64,000 bases of DNA from an uncultured Actinomycetes bacterium (GTDB lineage Bacteria > Actinomycetota > Thermoleophilia > Gaiellales > Gaiellaceae), in the NCBI GenBank assembly GCA_963788215.1, contig CAWBFX010000008.1, positions 30,404 through 94,403 on the forward strand. Reading direction: 5' to 3'. The first letter of the stretch is position 1. Each line of letters begins with the position of its first letter. Of this stretch, positions 9,133-21,300 are shown piece by piece. Made by a program: the position numbers and the translations under genes. The notes below the pieces were generated by a model. The model had not been told where the DNA came from and ran no database searches. It saw only the letters and a program-made list of their open reading frames with translations.

Positions 9133-9893
9133 ATTCCCAAGCCGCCGTCGACGAGCATGACCTCGCCCGTGATGAACGAGGCCTCGTCGGAGCAGAGGAA
9201 GCGTACCGCCCCCGCGATGTCCTCCGGCTCGCCGAGCCGGCCGAGTGGCGTGTTCGAGAGCATCGCCTCACGCGCCTCCTCGGGCAGGACGTCGGTGAGG
9301 CGCGTGTTCACGTAGCCAGGCGCGACCACGTTCGCCCGCACGTTGCGGCTGCCAAGCTCGCGGGCGAGCGACTTGGTGAAGCCGATGATCCCGGCCTTCG
9401 AGGCGCCGTAGTTCGTCTGGCCCCAGTTCCCGTGGATGCCCACGATGCTCGAGACGTTCACGATCGAGCCGGAGCGCTTCTTCATCATCGGCCGCGCAAC
9501 CGCGCGGCACGTGTAGAAGACCGACGAGAGGTTCGTCTCGATCACCGCGCGCCAGTCGTCGTCCGGCATGCGCGCGAGGAGGCCGTCGCGAGTAAGGCCC
9601 GCGTTGTTGACGAGGACGTCGACGTCGCCCGCGTCCTCCACGAGCTGCCGTGCCGAGGCGGGGTCGGAGACGTCGGCCTGTACGGCGCGCCCCCCGGCCT
9701 CCGCCGCGACCTGCTCGGCCTCCTCGCCGCCCGAGTTGTAGCCGACCACCACCTGCGCGCCGGCGCGCCCGAGCTCGAGCGCGATCGCACGGCCGATCCC
9801 GCGGGAGCCGCCGGTGACGAGAGCGACCTTGCCTTCGAGCGAGCAGAACTCGCTAGTGCCCTGCCCGGTAATGCCGCCGCCCTTCTGGTTCAC
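9129..9893 (-). CDS. fabG: 3-oxoacyl-ACP reductase
   Basis: [17 protein letters not shown] (TGxxxGIG), NNAG, YGASKAG catalytic motif. Start placed at in-frame GTG 9893 (uncertain). The stop overlaps the fabF start as ATGA. Confidence 0.88.
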   Translation of the reverse strand: MNQKGGGITGQGTSEFCSLEGKVALVTGGSRGIGRAIALELGRAGAQVVVGYNSGGEEAEQVAAEAGGRAVQADVSDPASARQLVEDAGDVDVLVNNAGLTRDGLLARMPDDDWRAVIETNLSSVFYTCRAVARPMMKKRSGSIVNVSSIVGIHGNWGQTNYGASKAGIIGFTKSLARELGSRNVRANVVAPGYVNTRLTDVLPEEAREAMLSNTPLGRLGEPEDIAGAVRFLCSDEASFITGEVMLVDGGLGM

Positions 9894-10016
9894 GAGCACC
9901 AAGCCAGAGTTCGCACTTGCCCGCAGCAAGGCTTGGTTGCCTTGCTAAGGGGAAGGGCGGGCTCTGGCGTAGCGTGATCGTGGGCCAGAAGCCGGCATGT
10001 ATTGCTGGGCAGGGCA

Positions 10017-10952
10017 CTAGGCAGAGTGCAGAGTCTCCCGCAGCTTCTCGATCGAAGCGAGATCCCCGACCGGGATCGCCTTCACGGTCCTGTCGATCCT
10101 CTTCAGTAAACCGGTGAGGACGTTGCCCGGGCCGACCTCGACGAAGACGGTCGCACCCTGGCGCATCAGCTCGCGCGCCGCCTGCGTGAACTTGACCGGG
10201 GCGGTCAGCTGCTCGACGAGGAGCGACGCCAGCCGCTGGGCGGGCTCGATCTTCGCCGTCACCGTCGACATGAACGGCGCGACCGGCTCGGAGAAGCGCG
10301 CTCGCTCGACGACCGGCCGGAGGCGCTCCGCCGCGCGTTCTATAAGCGGACTGTGGAACGCGCCGGAGACGCGCAGCTTGACCGTCCGCCGAGCGCCTTC
10401 GAGCTGCGCCTCCGCGCAGCACTCGTCGACCGCGTGGTTCTCGCCGGACACGACGATCTGGCCGGGGCAGTTGTAGTTCGCGGGCCAGACACGCGTGATC
10501 CGCTCGCAGAGCCGCTCGACGATGGAGTCCTCCAGGCCGAGGATTGCCGCCATCGAGCCGGGGTTCTCACGCGCGGCCGCGGCCATCGCCAGTCCGCGCT
10601 CGCGGACGAGCGCGATCGCCTCGAAGGTCGGCAGCGCCTTGGCGGCGGCGAGCGCGGCGAACTCGCCGACCGAGTGGCCGACGACGTAATCCGGCTCGAG
10701 CCCGCGGGCGCGCAGCGCGGCCAGCACGGCGAGGCTCGTGGTCACGAGCGCCGGCTGCTGCACTTCCGTCTGCACGAGCTCTTCCTCCGGAGCCTCGAAG
10801 CACAGGCGCGCCAGGTCGAGGCCCGACGCCTCGCTTCCACGCTCGTACACCTCCATGGCCTCGGGCACCGCATGGGCGATCTCACGACCCATGCCGACCT
10901 CCAGGGAGCCCTGGCCGGGGAAGCAAAACGCAATCTTTGGGGGCGTGCTCAT
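10017..10952 (-). CDS. fabD: Malonyl-CoA:ACP transacylase
   Basis: FCFPGQGS, GHSVGEFAAL (active-site Ser), SGAFHSPL. Inner ATG (MSTPPKIAF) overlaps the fabH stop as ATGA. Confidence 0.9.
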   Translation of the reverse strand: MSTPPKIAFCFPGQGSLEVGMGREIAHAVPEAMEVYERGSEASGLDLARLCFEAPEEELVQTEVQQPALVTTSLAVLAALRARGLEPDYVVGHSVGEFAALAAAKALPTFEAIALVRERGLAMAAAARENPGSMAAILGLEDSIVERLCERITRVWPANYNCPGQIVVSGENHAVDECCAEAQLEGARRTVKLRVSGAFHSPLIERAAERLRPVVERARFSEPVAPFMSTVTAKIEPAQRLASLLVEQLTAPVKFTQAARELMRQGATVFVEVGPGNVLTGLLKRIDRTVKAIPVGDLASIEKLRETLHSA

Positions 10953-11962
10953 CTTCCTCCTCCGTCCGTCCATTCGATCAAACCAGAGCCCCAGGTGAGG
11001 CCTGCACCCATTCCGGTCATCAGCACGAGCTTCCCGGGCTGAAGCCGGCCTTCCCGTCTTGCATCTGCGAGCGCCAGCGGAATCGATCCGGAAGAAGTGT
11101 TGCCGTAACGGTCGACGTCAATCACCACTTTTTCCTTCGGAATGCCCAGTTTCTGCGTCGCATACTCAATGATGCGCACGTTTGCCTGATGGGGAACGTA
11201 CACGTCCACATCGTCAATCGTGCGCCCGCACTCGGCCAGCACGGCCTCCGCCGACGTGACGAGCACCCGCGTCGCGAACTTGAAGACCTCGCGGCCGTTC
11301 ATCTGGACGAAGTGCAGGCGGTCGGCGACGGTCTCCGCCGTGGCGGGTGAGCGCGAGCCTCCGGCCGGCAGATAGAGCTGCGGACCGCCGGAGCCGTCCG
11401 CGCCGAGCTCGAAGCCGAGGAAGCCTCCTTCAGGAACCTGCTCGAGCACGACCGCGCCCGCTCCGTCGCCGAAGAGGACGGCGGTCCCGCGGTCGCTCCA
11501 GTCCAGGATCCGCGAGAGGACGTCTCCGCCGACCACGAGCGCCCGCTGCCCAAGCCCCGCGGCGAGCATCCCGTATGCCTGGGCGACCGCGTACATGAAG
11601 CCGGTGCAGCCCGCGGAGAGGTCGTAGGCGGCTGCGTCCTTGGCCCCGAGCTGGTCGGCGATGATCGCGCCGGTCGCCGGGAAGGCCATGTCCGGCGTGA
11701 CGGTCGCGACGATGACGAGGTCGAGGTCCGCGCCCTCGAGCCCGGCCGCCTCGAGCGCCTCGCGCGCGGCAGGAAGCGCCAGGTCGGACAGTGCCTCGCC
11801 GGGCTCGGCGATCCGCCGCTCGCGAATCCCGGTGCGCTCGACGATCCACTCGTCGGAGGTCTCCATCATCGTCGAGAGCTCGTCGTTCGTCATCACGCGC
11901 TCCGGGACGCGCGCGCCAAGCCCGGTGATCGAGACGGCGACCCCGTTCGACGTCCCGATCAC
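10949..11962 (-). CDS. fabH: Beta-ketoacyl-ACP synthase III
   Basis: [25 protein letters not shown] (active-site Cys), [20 protein letters not shown] 11962 overlaps the fabZ stop as GTGA. Confidence 0.9.
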   Translation of the reverse strand: MIGTSNGVAVSITGLGARVPERVMTNDELSTMMETSDEWIVERTGIRERRIAEPGEALSDLALPAAREALEAAGLEGADLDLVIVATVTPDMAFPATGAIIADQLGAKDAAAYDLSAGCTGFMYAVAQAYGMLAAGLGQRALVVGGDVLSRILDWSDRGTAVLFGDGAGAVVLEQVPEGGFLGFELGADGSGGPQLYLPAGGSRSPATAETVADRLHFVQMNGREVFKFATRVLVTSAEAVLAECGRTIDDVDVYVPHQANVRIIEYATQKLGIPKEKVVIDVDRYGNTSSGSIPLALADARREGRLQPGKLVLMTGMGAGLTWGSGLIEWTDGGGR

Positions 11963-12399
11963 GTCTGCTCCACAGCAAATGTGAGGGTGCCGCGGGCTGC
12001 CAGCTTCCCGTCCACTTTCGCGGTCGCCTTGCCCTTGCCGATCGGGCCTCGAACGGCCTCGATCCGGCACTCGAGCTCGAGCTCGTCGCCCGGCTCCACG
12101 ATCCGCTTGAAGCGGACCCCGTCGATGCCGCCGAAGAACGCGATCCGGCCACGGTTCTCCTCCTGCGAGAGGACGGCAACCGCGCCCGTCTGCGCCATCG
12201 CCTCGACGATCAGCACGCCCGGCATCACGGGCCGGCCGGGGAAGTGGCCGGCGAACCACCACTCGTCGCCGCGCACGTGCTTCCGCGCGACGACCCGGGT
12301 GCCCGGCTCGAGCTCGACGACCTCGTCGATCAGGAGAAACGGGTCCCGGTGCGGCAGGATCGCCTCGATCTGTTCACGCCCGAGCGTCGTCTGGGCCAC
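11959..12399 (-). CDS. fabZ: 3-hydroxyacyl-ACP dehydratase
   Basis: [13 protein letters not shown]...[20 protein letters not shown]. Start at in-frame GTG 12399, giving 146 aa. Confidence 0.88.
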   Translation of the reverse strand: MAQTTLGREQIEAILPHRDPFLLIDEVVELEPGTRVVARKHVRGDEWWFAGHFPGRPVMPGVLIVEAMAQTGAVAVLSQEENRGRIAFFGGIDGVRFKRIVEPGDELELECRIEAVRGPIGKGKATAKVDGKLAARGTLTFAVEQT

Positions 12400-12420
12400 G
12401 GCGGGCCTAGTGTATGGCCC

Positions 12421-13005
12421 GTGGGTGACTCGCTCGCGCGGGAGGACGTGCTTCCACGCCTGCGCGGCCGGCTCGGGCGCGAATACCGCTACGTCGATTC
12501 GACTCCGTCGACCCAGCTGCTGATCCCGCCGGACGCCTCCGAGGGGACGCTCGTGGTCGCTGGGCAGCAGACGGAGGGGCGCGGACGGCTGGGGCGGCGC
12601 TGGCTGGCTCCCGCGGGCACGAGCCTGCTCTGCTCGCTGCAGCTGCGACCCAATGTGCCGGGCGAGCGGCTGCCCGAGCTGACCGGCGTCGCGGCCCGGG
12701 CCTGCGCGGCCGCGATCGCTTCGCTGACCGGGCTCGAGCCGGAGCTGAAGTTCCCGAACGACGTCCTGCTCGCCGGGCGCAAGGTCGCAGGTGTCCTCGC
12801 CGAGGCGCGCGAGAGCCGCGTCGTCCTCGGGATCGGCGTGAACGTCAACGTCACCGAAGCGCAGCTCCCGCAGGAGGTCGACCGCCCCGCGACCTCCCTC
12901 CTGGTCGAGAGCGGCCGCGAGATCGACCGCGCCGAGCTGCTCGCGGAGCTGCTCGAGCAAATGGAGCGCGGCTACGACGAGTGGGTCAGCGGTGCGCGCG
13001 GATGA
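12421..13005 (+). CDS. birA: Biotin-[acetyl-CoA-carboxylase] ligase (group I, no HTH domain)
   Basis: [14 protein letters not shown] (GRGRxGRxW), [17 protein letters not shown]. Start is uncertain: GTG at 12421 or 12448. The N-terminus of the 253-aa ORF is antisense to fabZ. Confidence 0.75.
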   Translation: MGDSLAREDVLPRLRGRLGREYRYVDSTPSTQLLIPPDASEGTLVVAGQQTEGRGRLGRRWLAPAGTSLLCSLQLRPNVPGERLPELTGVAARACAAAIASLTGLEPELKFPNDVLLAGRKVAGVLAEARESRVVLGIGVNVNVTEAQLPQEVDRPATSLLVESGREIDRAELLAELLEQMERGYDEWVSGARG

Positions 13006-15067
13006 CGCGGCTCCGGTTGCCGGCCGCGTCGACGGCCCAGGCGCGCAGCGTGCGCACGGTTCCGCGGTGACCGACCCGGAAGACCCCGGGTCGCTTGACG
13101 TTCAGCCGCCGAGCGCGGCCATTCAGCACGAGCGTGAGCCGCGCCGGCTCGTTGAGCCGGAACCGGAGGTAGCGCAGCGAGAGCAGTCTCAGGGCGGGCG
13201 GGACGCGGTCGAGCCGGAGCGTGCGCGTACGGACGACCGTCGCGACCGAGTCGGTCACGGTCAGAACCGCCCGGTACCGGCCGTCGCGGACGCTCGCGCC
13301 GTCCCAGGTCGGTTCCTGCAGGCCTGCGCCGAAGTCGCCGTCGAGCAAGGTCGCAACCGTGGCTCGGCCCGAGACGATGCGCAGCGAGACCGTGGCAGGC
13401 GCATTGAGCTCGACCCGCAACGCGACCGGCCGGGAGAACACCGCGGCGCTCGGGTCGAAGCCGGCCAGCGTCGCGTCGGCGATCACGTCGCTCGACGCCT
13501 GCGCCTGGCGGCCTCGTGCGTCCTGGGCAACGACCTGGATGCGGTACTGGCCGTCGGGCACGCCGGAGATGCCGTTCCAGGAGAACTTCTGCGGCCCGGC
13601 GTGCTGCAGCTTCCTGAAGAAGAGCGTCTGGATGATCAGCCCGTTCGGGTCGAGGACGGTCGCGGTCACGAGCGACTGGCTCGCCAGGCGATACCTGAGC
13701 GTCGGCCGATCCGACGGCGTGAGGACGGCCGGCGCGACCTTCAGGCCACCCACCGCGGGCGGCGGCAGCGCAGTTCCGATCGCCCCGGTGGCGCTCCTCG
13801 CGTCGGGCGCGGCGATTGCCCACGTGTAGCGCTGGTCAGCCGAAACGCCCGTCGCGTCCCAGGTCCAGTCGACCTGCGTTCCGGTGCCCGAGCCGCTGCC
13901 GACGACCGTGCCCGACTCGTCACGGACGGTGACGGTCCAGTCAGACGAGCTCGAAAGGCGTGCCGTGAACTGGACGGGCCCACCGAGCGCCCCCGCCACC
14001 GCAGGCCCGTAGATCTTCGGTAGGCCTGTCTGCGCCACGGCCGTGCGAATCGAGGGAAGCTGGCGGTAGAGGCTGGTGCCGGGACAGCTCGTCGGGTACG
14101 TGTCTCGGTGCCCGGAGATCGCGTTCAGCGTCACGGCGCGGCCCGGCGGGTAGCGGGGGTTGCCGGCCGAGATGCGCACGACCCGGGAGAGCGGGTCGAC
14201 GTGAGCGAGATCCAGCCGCCAGGCGAGCAGCGAGACGAGGGCGGCCTTCGCCGCAGACGAAATGGGCGTCGAGCCGTAGTTGCCGAGCACCGCAACCCCC
14301 GCGCTGCCGGCGTTGAACCCCATCGCGTGCGCGCCGATCACCGGGCGCGTAATGCCGCCGTACCGGCCTTCGAAGACCTGGCCGTACTTGTCGACGAGAA
14401 AGTTGTAGCCGATGTCGTTCCAGCCGTTTCCCTGAACGTGGTAGAGCATGATCGCGCGCACGATCGAGCCCGACTGGCTCGCGCTGTAGTTGTTCGAGCC
14501 GGCCGTGTGGTGGACGATCGCGAGGTGGACGCCGTCCGCGTAGCTCGGCGGCGCCCGCCGGATCGACTCGGGCGCGTGCCACTGGGCGCGGGTGATGATC
14601 GTCGGTTGCTCGCTGAAATCGGGCCGCTTGAAGTCTGGCCGGCGGAAGACCCGACCCTGCGCTCGGCCGCGGACGAAGAAGGCGCGGACCGCACGCACGC
14701 GGCCCACCGTTCGGTACTGGAGAGCGTCAGCGTTACCCGTCCAGTACGGCGAACCGAGGTGCCAGCCACGACGGCGGTTCTCTACGCCGCGGTTCGGAAG
14801 GTCGTCCGCCTCCGGGGCCGCGGGTTGCCAGCGGCCCCAGCGCCCATCCGCCGAGCGTGTCCGGAAGAGCACCCTGCCGGTTCCGCGCCAGTGGAGGCCC
14901 ACGAGATCGAAGCGCTTGACCGCGATCGGCCGGCCGCCGCGCAGGTCCTGCGAAGCGAGAGAAAGGCCCGCTGCGGAAGCGACTCCGGGCGCTGCGAGAG
15001 CGAGCACGGCTGCGGCGAGGACGACCCGCACCCGGCCGAGAGTCGCAGAAGAATGCTGCGGCCGCAA
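12986..15067 (-). CDS. Secreted N-acetylmuramoyl-L-alanine amidase (PGRP/amidase_2 domain) with C-terminal Ig-like beta-sandwich repeats
   Basis: Signal peptide [49 protein letters not shown]. The C-terminal half resembles FlgD-Ig/bacterial Ig repeats. Confidence 0.8.
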   Translation of the reverse strand: MRPQHSSATLGRVRVVLAAAVLALAAPGVASAAGLSLASQDLRGGRPIAVKRFDLVGLHWRGTGRVLFRTRSADGRWGRWQPAAPEADDLPNRGVENRRRGWHLGSPYWTGNADALQYRTVGRVRAVRAFFVRGRAQGRVFRRPDFKRPDFSEQPTIITRAQWHAPESIRRAPPSYADGVHLAIVHHTAGSNNYSASQSGSIVRAIMLYHVQGNGWNDIGYNFLVDKYGQVFEGRYGGITRPVIGAHAMGFNAGSAGVAVLGNYGSTPISSAAKAALVSLLAWRLDLAHVDPLSRVVRISAGNPRYPPGRAVTLNAISGHRDTYPTSCPGTSLYRQLPSIRTAVAQTGLPKIYGPAVAGALGGPVQFTARLSSSSDWTVTVRDESGTVVGSGSGTGTQVDWTWDATGVSADQRYTWAIAAPDARSATGAIGTALPPPAVGGLKVAPAVLTPSDRPTLRYRLASQSLVTATVLDPNGLIIQTLFFRKLQHAGPQKFSWNGISGVPDGQYRIQVVAQDARGRQAQASSDVIADATLAGFDPSAAVFSRPVALRVELNAPATVSLRIVSGRATVATLLDGDFGAGLQEPTWDGASVRDGRYRAVLTVTDSVATVVRTRTLRLDRVPPALRLLSLRYLRFRLNEPARLTLVLNGRARRLNVKRPGVFRVGHRGTVRTLRAWAVDAAGNRSRVIRAHR

Positions 15068-15093
15068 GGCTCGCTGATAGCATCCTTACAACT

Positions 15094-16392
15094 GTGAAAG
15101 GGCCGTTTCTGCGGGCATTTTTGGGGTCGCTCGCCCTGGCGCTCGTCATCCCGGCAGTGGCCCTCGCGAGCTCCTCGAAGCCGAAGGTGCTGGTGATCCA
15201 CTTCGGGCTCGAAGTGAACCCGGTCACGTCGAGCTACCTCGATCACCAGCTCCACCGCGCCGAGAACGGCCACTACTCAGCGGCCGTGATCGCGCTCGAC
15301 ACTCCCGGCGGGCTCTCGGAGTCGATGCGCACGATCGTCAAGAACGAAGTCGCCCTGAAGATTCCGGTGATCGTCTACGTCTCCCCCCAGGGCTCCCGCG
15401 CCGCGTCGGCCGGCGTCTGGATCACGGAGGCCGGGGACATCGCCGCCATGGCGCCGCAGACGAACATCGGCTCCTCCACGCCGATCGACTCGAGCGGCCA
15501 GAACATCTCCTCCGACCTCCGGCGCAAGGTGATCAACGACGCCGTCGCCTCGCTCGAGAGCCTGATGCGCTACCACGGCCGCAACGCGGCCTGGGCCGAA
15601 GAAGCGGTCAAGCACGCCGCGAACGTGGACGAGACCACTGCGCTCAAGATCAACGTCGTCGACGTTCTCGCCCCGACGTTGCCGGACCTCCTGAACAAGA
15701 TCGACGGCCGGACCACCGTGGGCAAGAAGCTTGTCCTCCACACGGCCGGCGCCGAGCTCGTCGACGTCCATCCCGGCTTCTTCACGCGCCTGCTGAACGC
15801 TTTGATCGATCCGAACCTGATCCCGCTCCTCTTCCTCGCAGGGCTCGCTGGGATCGGCTTCGAGATCTTCCATCCCGGAGTCGTGCTGCCGGGCGCACTG
15901 GGCGCTGTATCGCTGCTGCTCGCGCTGTTCGGCTTCGCCGTGCTCCCGATCAGCTGGGCAGGGCTGGCGCTGTTGATCCTCGGCGCAGCCTTACTCGTGA
16001 TCGACGTCCACGTCGTCACCCACGGCGCCCTGACCGTCGCGGGGCTGATCAGCATGGTCGTCGGCTCGCTGCTGCTCTTCCACAACGCGCCGGCCCCCTA
16101 CGGCAACGTCAACATGCCGCTCCTGATCGCCTTCGCCCTTGCGATCGGCGGCTTCTGGGCGTTTGCCCTCTCGAAGGCGATGGCGGTGCGGCGGCGACCG
16201 GTATCGGTCGGGCCGCAGACGATAGTGGGCGAGGTCGGGGAGGCACGGCGCGACGACCTTGTCTTCGTGCACGGAGAGCTCTGGCGCGCTCGCCCGACCG
16301 ACGGCGAGCCTCTCCGGCCGGGCCAGCAGGTTCAAGTGGCCGGCATCGGGCCCGACCTGTCCCTCGACGTTATCCACCTCGAATCGGATTAG
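15094..16392 (+). CDS. NfeD-family membrane-bound ClpP-class serine protease
   Basis: ALDTPGGL and SAGVWI ClpP-like motifs, a central polytopic segment and a C-terminal OB (NfeD) domain. Sits directly upstream of an SPFH gene, the classic operon partner. Confidence 0.85.
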   Translation: MKGPFLRAFLGSLALALVIPAVALASSSKPKVLVIHFGLEVNPVTSSYLDHQLHRAENGHYSAAVIALDTPGGLSESMRTIVKNEVALKIPVIVYVSPQGSRAASAGVWITEAGDIAAMAPQTNIGSSTPIDSSGQNISSDLRRKVINDAVASLESLMRYHGRNAAWAEEAVKHAANVDETTALKINVVDVLAPTLPDLLNKIDGRTTVGKKLVLHTAGAELVDVHPGFFTRLLNALIDPNLIPLLFLAGLAGIGFEIFHPGVVLPGALGAVSLLLALFGFAVLPISWAGLALLILGAALLVIDVHVVTHGALTVAGLISMVVGSLLLFHNAPAPYGNVNMPLLIAFALAIGGFWAFALSKAMAVRRRPVSVGPQTIVGEVGEARRDDLVFVHGELWRARPTDGEPLRPGQQVQVAGIGPDLSLDVIHLESD

Positions 16393-16401
16393 GATCGCGC
16401 C

Positions 16402-17169
16402 ATGACCGCCGCAATCGTCGTCGTCCTCGTCCTCCTCTTCCTGCTCGTCCTCTTCCTGATCTCCGCGATCAAGGTCGCGCGGGAGTACGAGCGGGGGATC
16501 ATCTTCCGCCTCGGGCGCCTGCTGCCGGAGCCGAAGGGGCCGGGCCTGTTCCTGCTGATCCCGGTCGTCGACCGGATGGTCAAAGTCGACCTCCGGACGA
16601 TCACGCTGAACATCCCGCCGCAGGAGGTCATCACCAAGGACAACGTCCCGGTGCGGGTGAACGCCGTCGCCTACTTCCGGATCGTCGAGCCGAAGAACGC
16701 GATCGTCCAGGTCGAGAACTTCATGGTCGCGACCTCCCAGATCGCCCAGACGACGCTCCGGTCGGTCCTCGGCCAGCACCTCCTCGACGAGCTCCTCTCG
16801 GAGCGCGACAAGATCAACGCGATCCTGCAGGAGATCATCGACGAGGCCACCTCGCCCTGGGGAATCAAGGTCGCGATCGTCGAGGTCAAGGACGTCGAGA
16901 TCCCGTCGAGCATGCAGCGCGCGATGGCTCGCCAGGCCGAGGCCGAGCGCGAGCGGCGCGCGAAGGTGATCGCCGCCGAGGGCGAGTTCCAGGCCTCCGA
17001 GCGGCTGAAGGACGCGGCCGTCGTCATCGAGAAGCACCCGATCGCGCTCCAGCTCCGCTACCTGCAGACGCTTCTCGAGCTCGGCTCCTCGCAGTCGACC
17101 ACCATCGTCTTCCCGGCGCCGATCGAGCTGCTCAAGCCGTTCATCGAGCGGACGAGCTCCAGCTCCTGA
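16402..17169 (+). CDS. SPFH/band-7 (stomatin/slipin-like) membrane protein
   Basis: N-terminal TM, then [31 protein letters not shown]. Confidence 0.9.
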   Translation: MTAAIVVVLVLLFLLVLFLISAIKVAREYERGIIFRLGRLLPEPKGPGLFLLIPVVDRMVKVDLRTITLNIPPQEVITKDNVPVRVNAVAYFRIVEPKNAIVQVENFMVATSQIAQTTLRSVLGQHLLDELLSERDKINAILQEIIDEATSPWGIKVAIVEVKDVEIPSSMQRAMARQAEAERERRAKVIAAEGEFQASERLKDAAVVIEKHPIALQLRYLQTLLELGSSQSTTIVFPAPIELLKPFIERTSSSS

Positions 17170-17999
17170 GACGCGATCCCCTGTCAGGGCGCCTCGTCGC
17201 CTTCGCTCCTGCACGCGCCCGTCGCCCGGGCGCAGGCGTGGACGAGGTCGAGCCGGAGAGTCCCGAGGAGCTCGAGAGCTGCCCCTTCTGCGAGGGACGC
17301 GAGGACCGGACGCCTCCCGAGGTCCTCGCGCTGCCGGCGGGCGATCGCGCGCCCGACACGCCGGGTTGGCGGGTTCGCGTAGTGCCCAACCTCTACCCGG
17401 CCTTCGAGCGCCAGGAGGTCGTGATCCACTCGCCCCGGCACGTGCGGACCTTCGCCGAACTCACCGACGACGAGATCGAGCTCGTCGCCGAGGTCTGGCG
17501 CACGCGCACGACCGGCGAGGGGCCGGGCTACGTCCACGCGCTGATCAACGAGGGCCGCGCCGCGGGAGCAAGCCTGCCGCACTCGCACTCGCAGCTCGTC
17601 TGGCTCCCGGAGCCGCCTCCGGCAGTCGCCGCCGAGCGGCCTGAGGCACTGGCCGAGCTGCTCTCAGCGGCGAGGGAGCAGCGACTCGTCGTTGCAGAGG
17701 GAGACGGCGTGGTCGCGTTCTGCCATCCGGTCGGCCGGCTGCCCTACGAGACGCTCATCGTCCCGGAAGCAGACGCAACGCTTGCGGCCGCACTACGCCT
17801 CCTGCGCGAGCTGGTGGCCCGCCTTCGGCAGGCCGAGGGCGCCGTTCCGTGGAACGCCTGGCTGCACCACGATGGCAGCGCCTGGCACATCGAGCTCCTG
17901 CCGCGGCTGTCCGTCCTGGCCGGCCTCGAGCTCGGCGCCGGGATCTACGTCAACTCCGTCCCGCCCGAGCAGGCGGCCGAGAGCCTGCGCGGCGGCTAA
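17166..17999 (+). CDS. Galactose-1-phosphate uridylyltransferase-like HIT-family nucleotidyltransferase
   Basis: CPFCEG zinc motif and [11 protein letters not shown] (HxHxQ). In-frame upstream [22 protein letters not shown] matches the GalT N-terminus, implying a CTG start at 17166 that overlaps the SPFH TGA. The ORF track starts at GTG 17238. Confidence 0.7.
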   Translation: MRRDPLSGRLVAFAPARARRPGAGVDEVEPESPEELESCPFCEGREDRTPPEVLALPAGDRAPDTPGWRVRVVPNLYPAFERQEVVIHSPRHVRTFAELTDDEIELVAEVWRTRTTGEGPGYVHALINEGRAAGASLPHSHSQLVWLPEPPPAVAAERPEALAELLSAAREQRLVVAEGDGVVAFCHPVGRLPYETLIVPEADATLAAALRLLRELVARLRQAEGAVPWNAWLHHDGSAWHIELLPRLSVLAGLELGAGIYVNSVPPEQAAESLRGG

Positions 18000-18307
18000 G
18001 CGCCGTTACGCGCGGCGGACTTCGTCGCGCGGAAGGTGCGGGCGGCCTCGATCGCGGCGCCGAGGTTCAGGCCCTTGTCCTTCGCCTGCTTGATCAGCAT
18101 CACGGTCTCGAGCGCTTCCATGTCGTAGATGCGCTGCTTCTTGCCCTTGGTCGGGATCTGGGCCTTGTTCGTCCAGTAATCCAGCTGCATCTTCGAGATC
18201 CCCGCGATCTGGCAGACCTGGCCCAGGTAGAGCTCGATCTTGTCGAGATGCTCGGAAATGTCGATGGGCTCCAGAAAATCCACTGCCTTGTCGTACATAG
18301 GATCCAC
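17996..18307 (-). CDS. MerR-type HTH transcriptional regulator (small)
   Basis: LYLGQVCQIAGISKMQLDYWTNKAQI helix-turn-helix. GC looks lower than its neighbours. Sits directly downstream of gyrA. Confidence 0.6.
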   Translation of the reverse strand: MDPMYDKAVDFLEPIDISEHLDKIELYLGQVCQIAGISKMQLDYWTNKAQIPTKGKKQRIYDMEALETVMLIKQAKDKGLNLGAAIEAARTFRATKSAARNGA

Positions 18308-18393
18308 CTTCCGCCGGGGTCGTCTAACTTCAAAGGTATACAGGCCCGACGCGAGTTTTGGAAGAGGACCCCGCGTGTTTCGGCTAAAAGTTG

Positions 18394-21300
18394 CTATTTC
18401 TTAGTGTTTTCTACATCAGACGCCAACGCGGGCGCCGGGCCGGCGCCGTCCTCATCGCCGCCGCTCTCAGCCTCACCCTCGGCGACGCGGGCGATGCTGG
18501 AGACCACTTCGTCCTTGCGCAGGCGCACCACGATCACGCCCTGAGTCGAGCGGCCAAGCCGCTTGATGTCGTTGACGGGCATCTTGATGACGGTGCCGCC
18601 GGTTGAGATCAGGATCAGCTGTTCGCCGTCGCGCACCGCGGCCGCGCCGGCGAGCTGTCCGCGCGCTGCAGTGAGCTGCACCGTCTTGACCCCGAGCCCG
18701 CCGCGCCCCTTGACCGGGTAGTCGGCCACGCGGGTGCGCTTGCCGTAGCCCTGGTCGGTGACGACCAGGATGTCGAGGTCCTCGCGCGCGATCGAGGCTG
18801 AGATCACCTCGTCGCCCTTGCGGAGGCCCATGCCCTTGACGCCCGAGGTTGCGCGTCCCATCGGCCGGGCCTGCTGCTCGTGGAAGCGAATCGCCTGGCC
18901 CTTGCGCGAGATCAGCATGATGTCGTCGGTTCCCGACGAGTGCAGGACGTCGACGAGCGCGTCGTCCGGCCGCAGCTTGATCGCGATGATCCCGTCGGCC
19001 TTGAGCGGCGTGTTGTACTCCTCGAACTTCGTCTTCTTGACCATCCCCTTCTTGGTCGCGAGCACGAGGTACTCGGCTTCCTTGAAGTCGCGCGTCGCGA
19101 TCACCGCCTTCACCTGCTCGTCCTGGCCGAAGGGAAGCAGGTTGACGATCGCGCGGCCCTTCGACTGGCGCGTTCCGAGCGGCAGCTCGTGCACCTTGAG
19201 CCGGTAGACCTTGCCGACGGAGGTGAAGAAGAGCAGGTAGTCGTGCGTGGAGGCGACGAACAGGTGCTCGATGTAGTCGTCCTCCTTCATGTCCATGCCC
19301 ATCACCCCGATGCCGCCACGGCGCTGCTCGCGGTAGGTCGTGACAGGTAGCCGCTTCACGTAGCCCGAGCGCGTGATCGCGATGACCATGTCCTCTTCCG
19401 CGATCAGGTCCTCGAGCTCGAGGTCGTCCTCGCCCACCACGATCTCGGTGCGGCGTTCGTCGACGCGGGCGTAGGCGTTCACCAGCTCGTCGAGCTCCTC
19501 CTTGATCACGCCGTCGACCTTCGCCGGGTCGCCGAGGATCGCGCGCAGCTCGGCGATTCGCTCCTGGAGGTCCTTGAACTCGTCCTCGATCTCTTTGCGC
19601 GCGAGCCCGGTGAGGCGCGCGAGGCGCAGGTCGAGGATCGCCTGAGCCTGGATCTCGGAGAGCTCGAACTGCTCCATCAGGCCCGTGCGCGCGTCTTCGG
19701 TGTCCGCCGCGTTGCGGATCAGCGTGATCACCGCGTCGAGATTGTCGAGCGCCTTGAGATAGCCCTCGAGGACGTGCGCGCGGCGCTCGGCCTGGCGCAG
19801 CTCGTACTTCGAGCGGCGGGTGACGACCTCGCGCTGGTAGTCGAGGTAGTGCCGGACGAGCTCGAGCAGCGAGAGCGTCTTCGGGACGCCGTCGACCAGC
19901 GCGACCGCGTTGTAGCCGAAGGTCGTCTGGAGCGGGGTCAGTTTGAAGAGCTTGTTCAGCGCCACCTGCGGCACCGCGTCGCGCTTGAGCTCGACGTAGA
20001 TGCGCATGCCCTCCTTGTCGGAGTGGTCCTGCAGCGCCTCGTCGGACATCGGTACCTCGGTGAGCGTCTGCGCCTTGACGAGGTCGGCGATCTTCTCGAT
20101 CACGCCGCCCTCGCCAGCCTTGCGGACGCCGTAGGGGAGCTCCGTGATGATGATCGCGCTCTTGCCGCCGCGCAGCTGCTCGATGTGCGCGCGGCCACGC
20201 ACGGTGATGCGCCCGCGCCCGGTCCGGTACGCGTCGCGGATCCCGGAGAAGCCGACGATGGTGCCTCCCGTCGGGAAGTCCGGTCCCTTGACGTGCTTCA
20301 TCAGCTTCTCGACGTTGATCGACGGGTCCTCGATCATCGCCACGATGCCCTTCACGACCTCGCCGAGGTTGTGCGGCGGCATGTTCGTCGCCATCCCGAC
20401 CGCAATCCCCGCAGAGCCGTTTACGAGCAGATTCGGGAAGCGAGCCGGCAGCACGGTCGGCTGGCGCCGCGACTCGTCGTAGTTGGGCTCGAAGTCGACC
20501 GTGTCCGCGTCGATGTCGCGCAAGAGCTCGGTCGCGATCCGCGAGAGGCGGCACTCGGTGTTGTGGCTGACGAATCCGTTGGTGAGGAACGAGTGGTCGT
20601 CGGTCTCGACCCGCAGCGAGTAGACGGGCTGGACGCCGGCGTCCGCTACAGATTCGACCTCTGCGTAGTAGTAGTCGCCCGTGACGAGCGGCTCCACCAC
20701 GCGGCGGACCTCTTCCGGCTCGATGCGTTCGAGCATCGCCGTTGCAGAGCGCTCCCAACGCTCGGATCGATCGAGGTTCGTCCTCCGAGCCCAGCGCGTA
20801 TCGACCTCGGAGCGGATGTAGTCGGAGACGAACGGGACGATGTCTCGGCTCAATGCGCGCGCGTCGGGCATGGCCTCGAGACCCGTTTCCAGCTTCGTCT
20901 GCTTCGCACCGAGGAAACCGACGCGGAAGGCGAAGCGCCGCGCATCGCGCCGGTTCGAGACGACGACCTTGATCTCGCCCTTTGCGTAGCGGCAGAGGCG
21001 GCTGACGATGCCGAAGTCGAGCAAAAGCAGCTGCACGTCCTTGGCGAGCTGCTCGCTATAGGTCGAGTACGAGATCTGGATCGAGTTGCGCGGGAGGACT
21101 GACGACGAACCGTCGCCGGTGAAGAGCGCCTGGAGGAAAGTGCGCTTGAAAGCAAGCCCGGATCGCCAGACGCGCTCCGGGACGCGCTTGTCCGCGGTCG
21201 CAACGCCGATCAGCTCGGCGAGCGGACTTTGCCGGACGGTGTCGAGCTTCTGGACGTCAAGCTCACACAACAGGCTTCCCGAGCGAATCGTTCGCTCGTA

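Noticed and set aside
7390-9315. 641-aa plus-strand ORF, with several nested ORFs, covering fabF/fabG
   Set aside because: It is antisense to unmistakable fabF/fabG. The translation is Arg/Ala/Gly/Pro-rich with no motifs, which is typical of off-frame open reading in 70% GC DNA.
18308-18393. Relatively AT-rich gyrA to MerR spacer considered as a terminator or small RNA
   Set aside because: I could not find a convincing hairpin or U-tract by eye. It is probably just the promoter/RBS region of the MerR-like gene.
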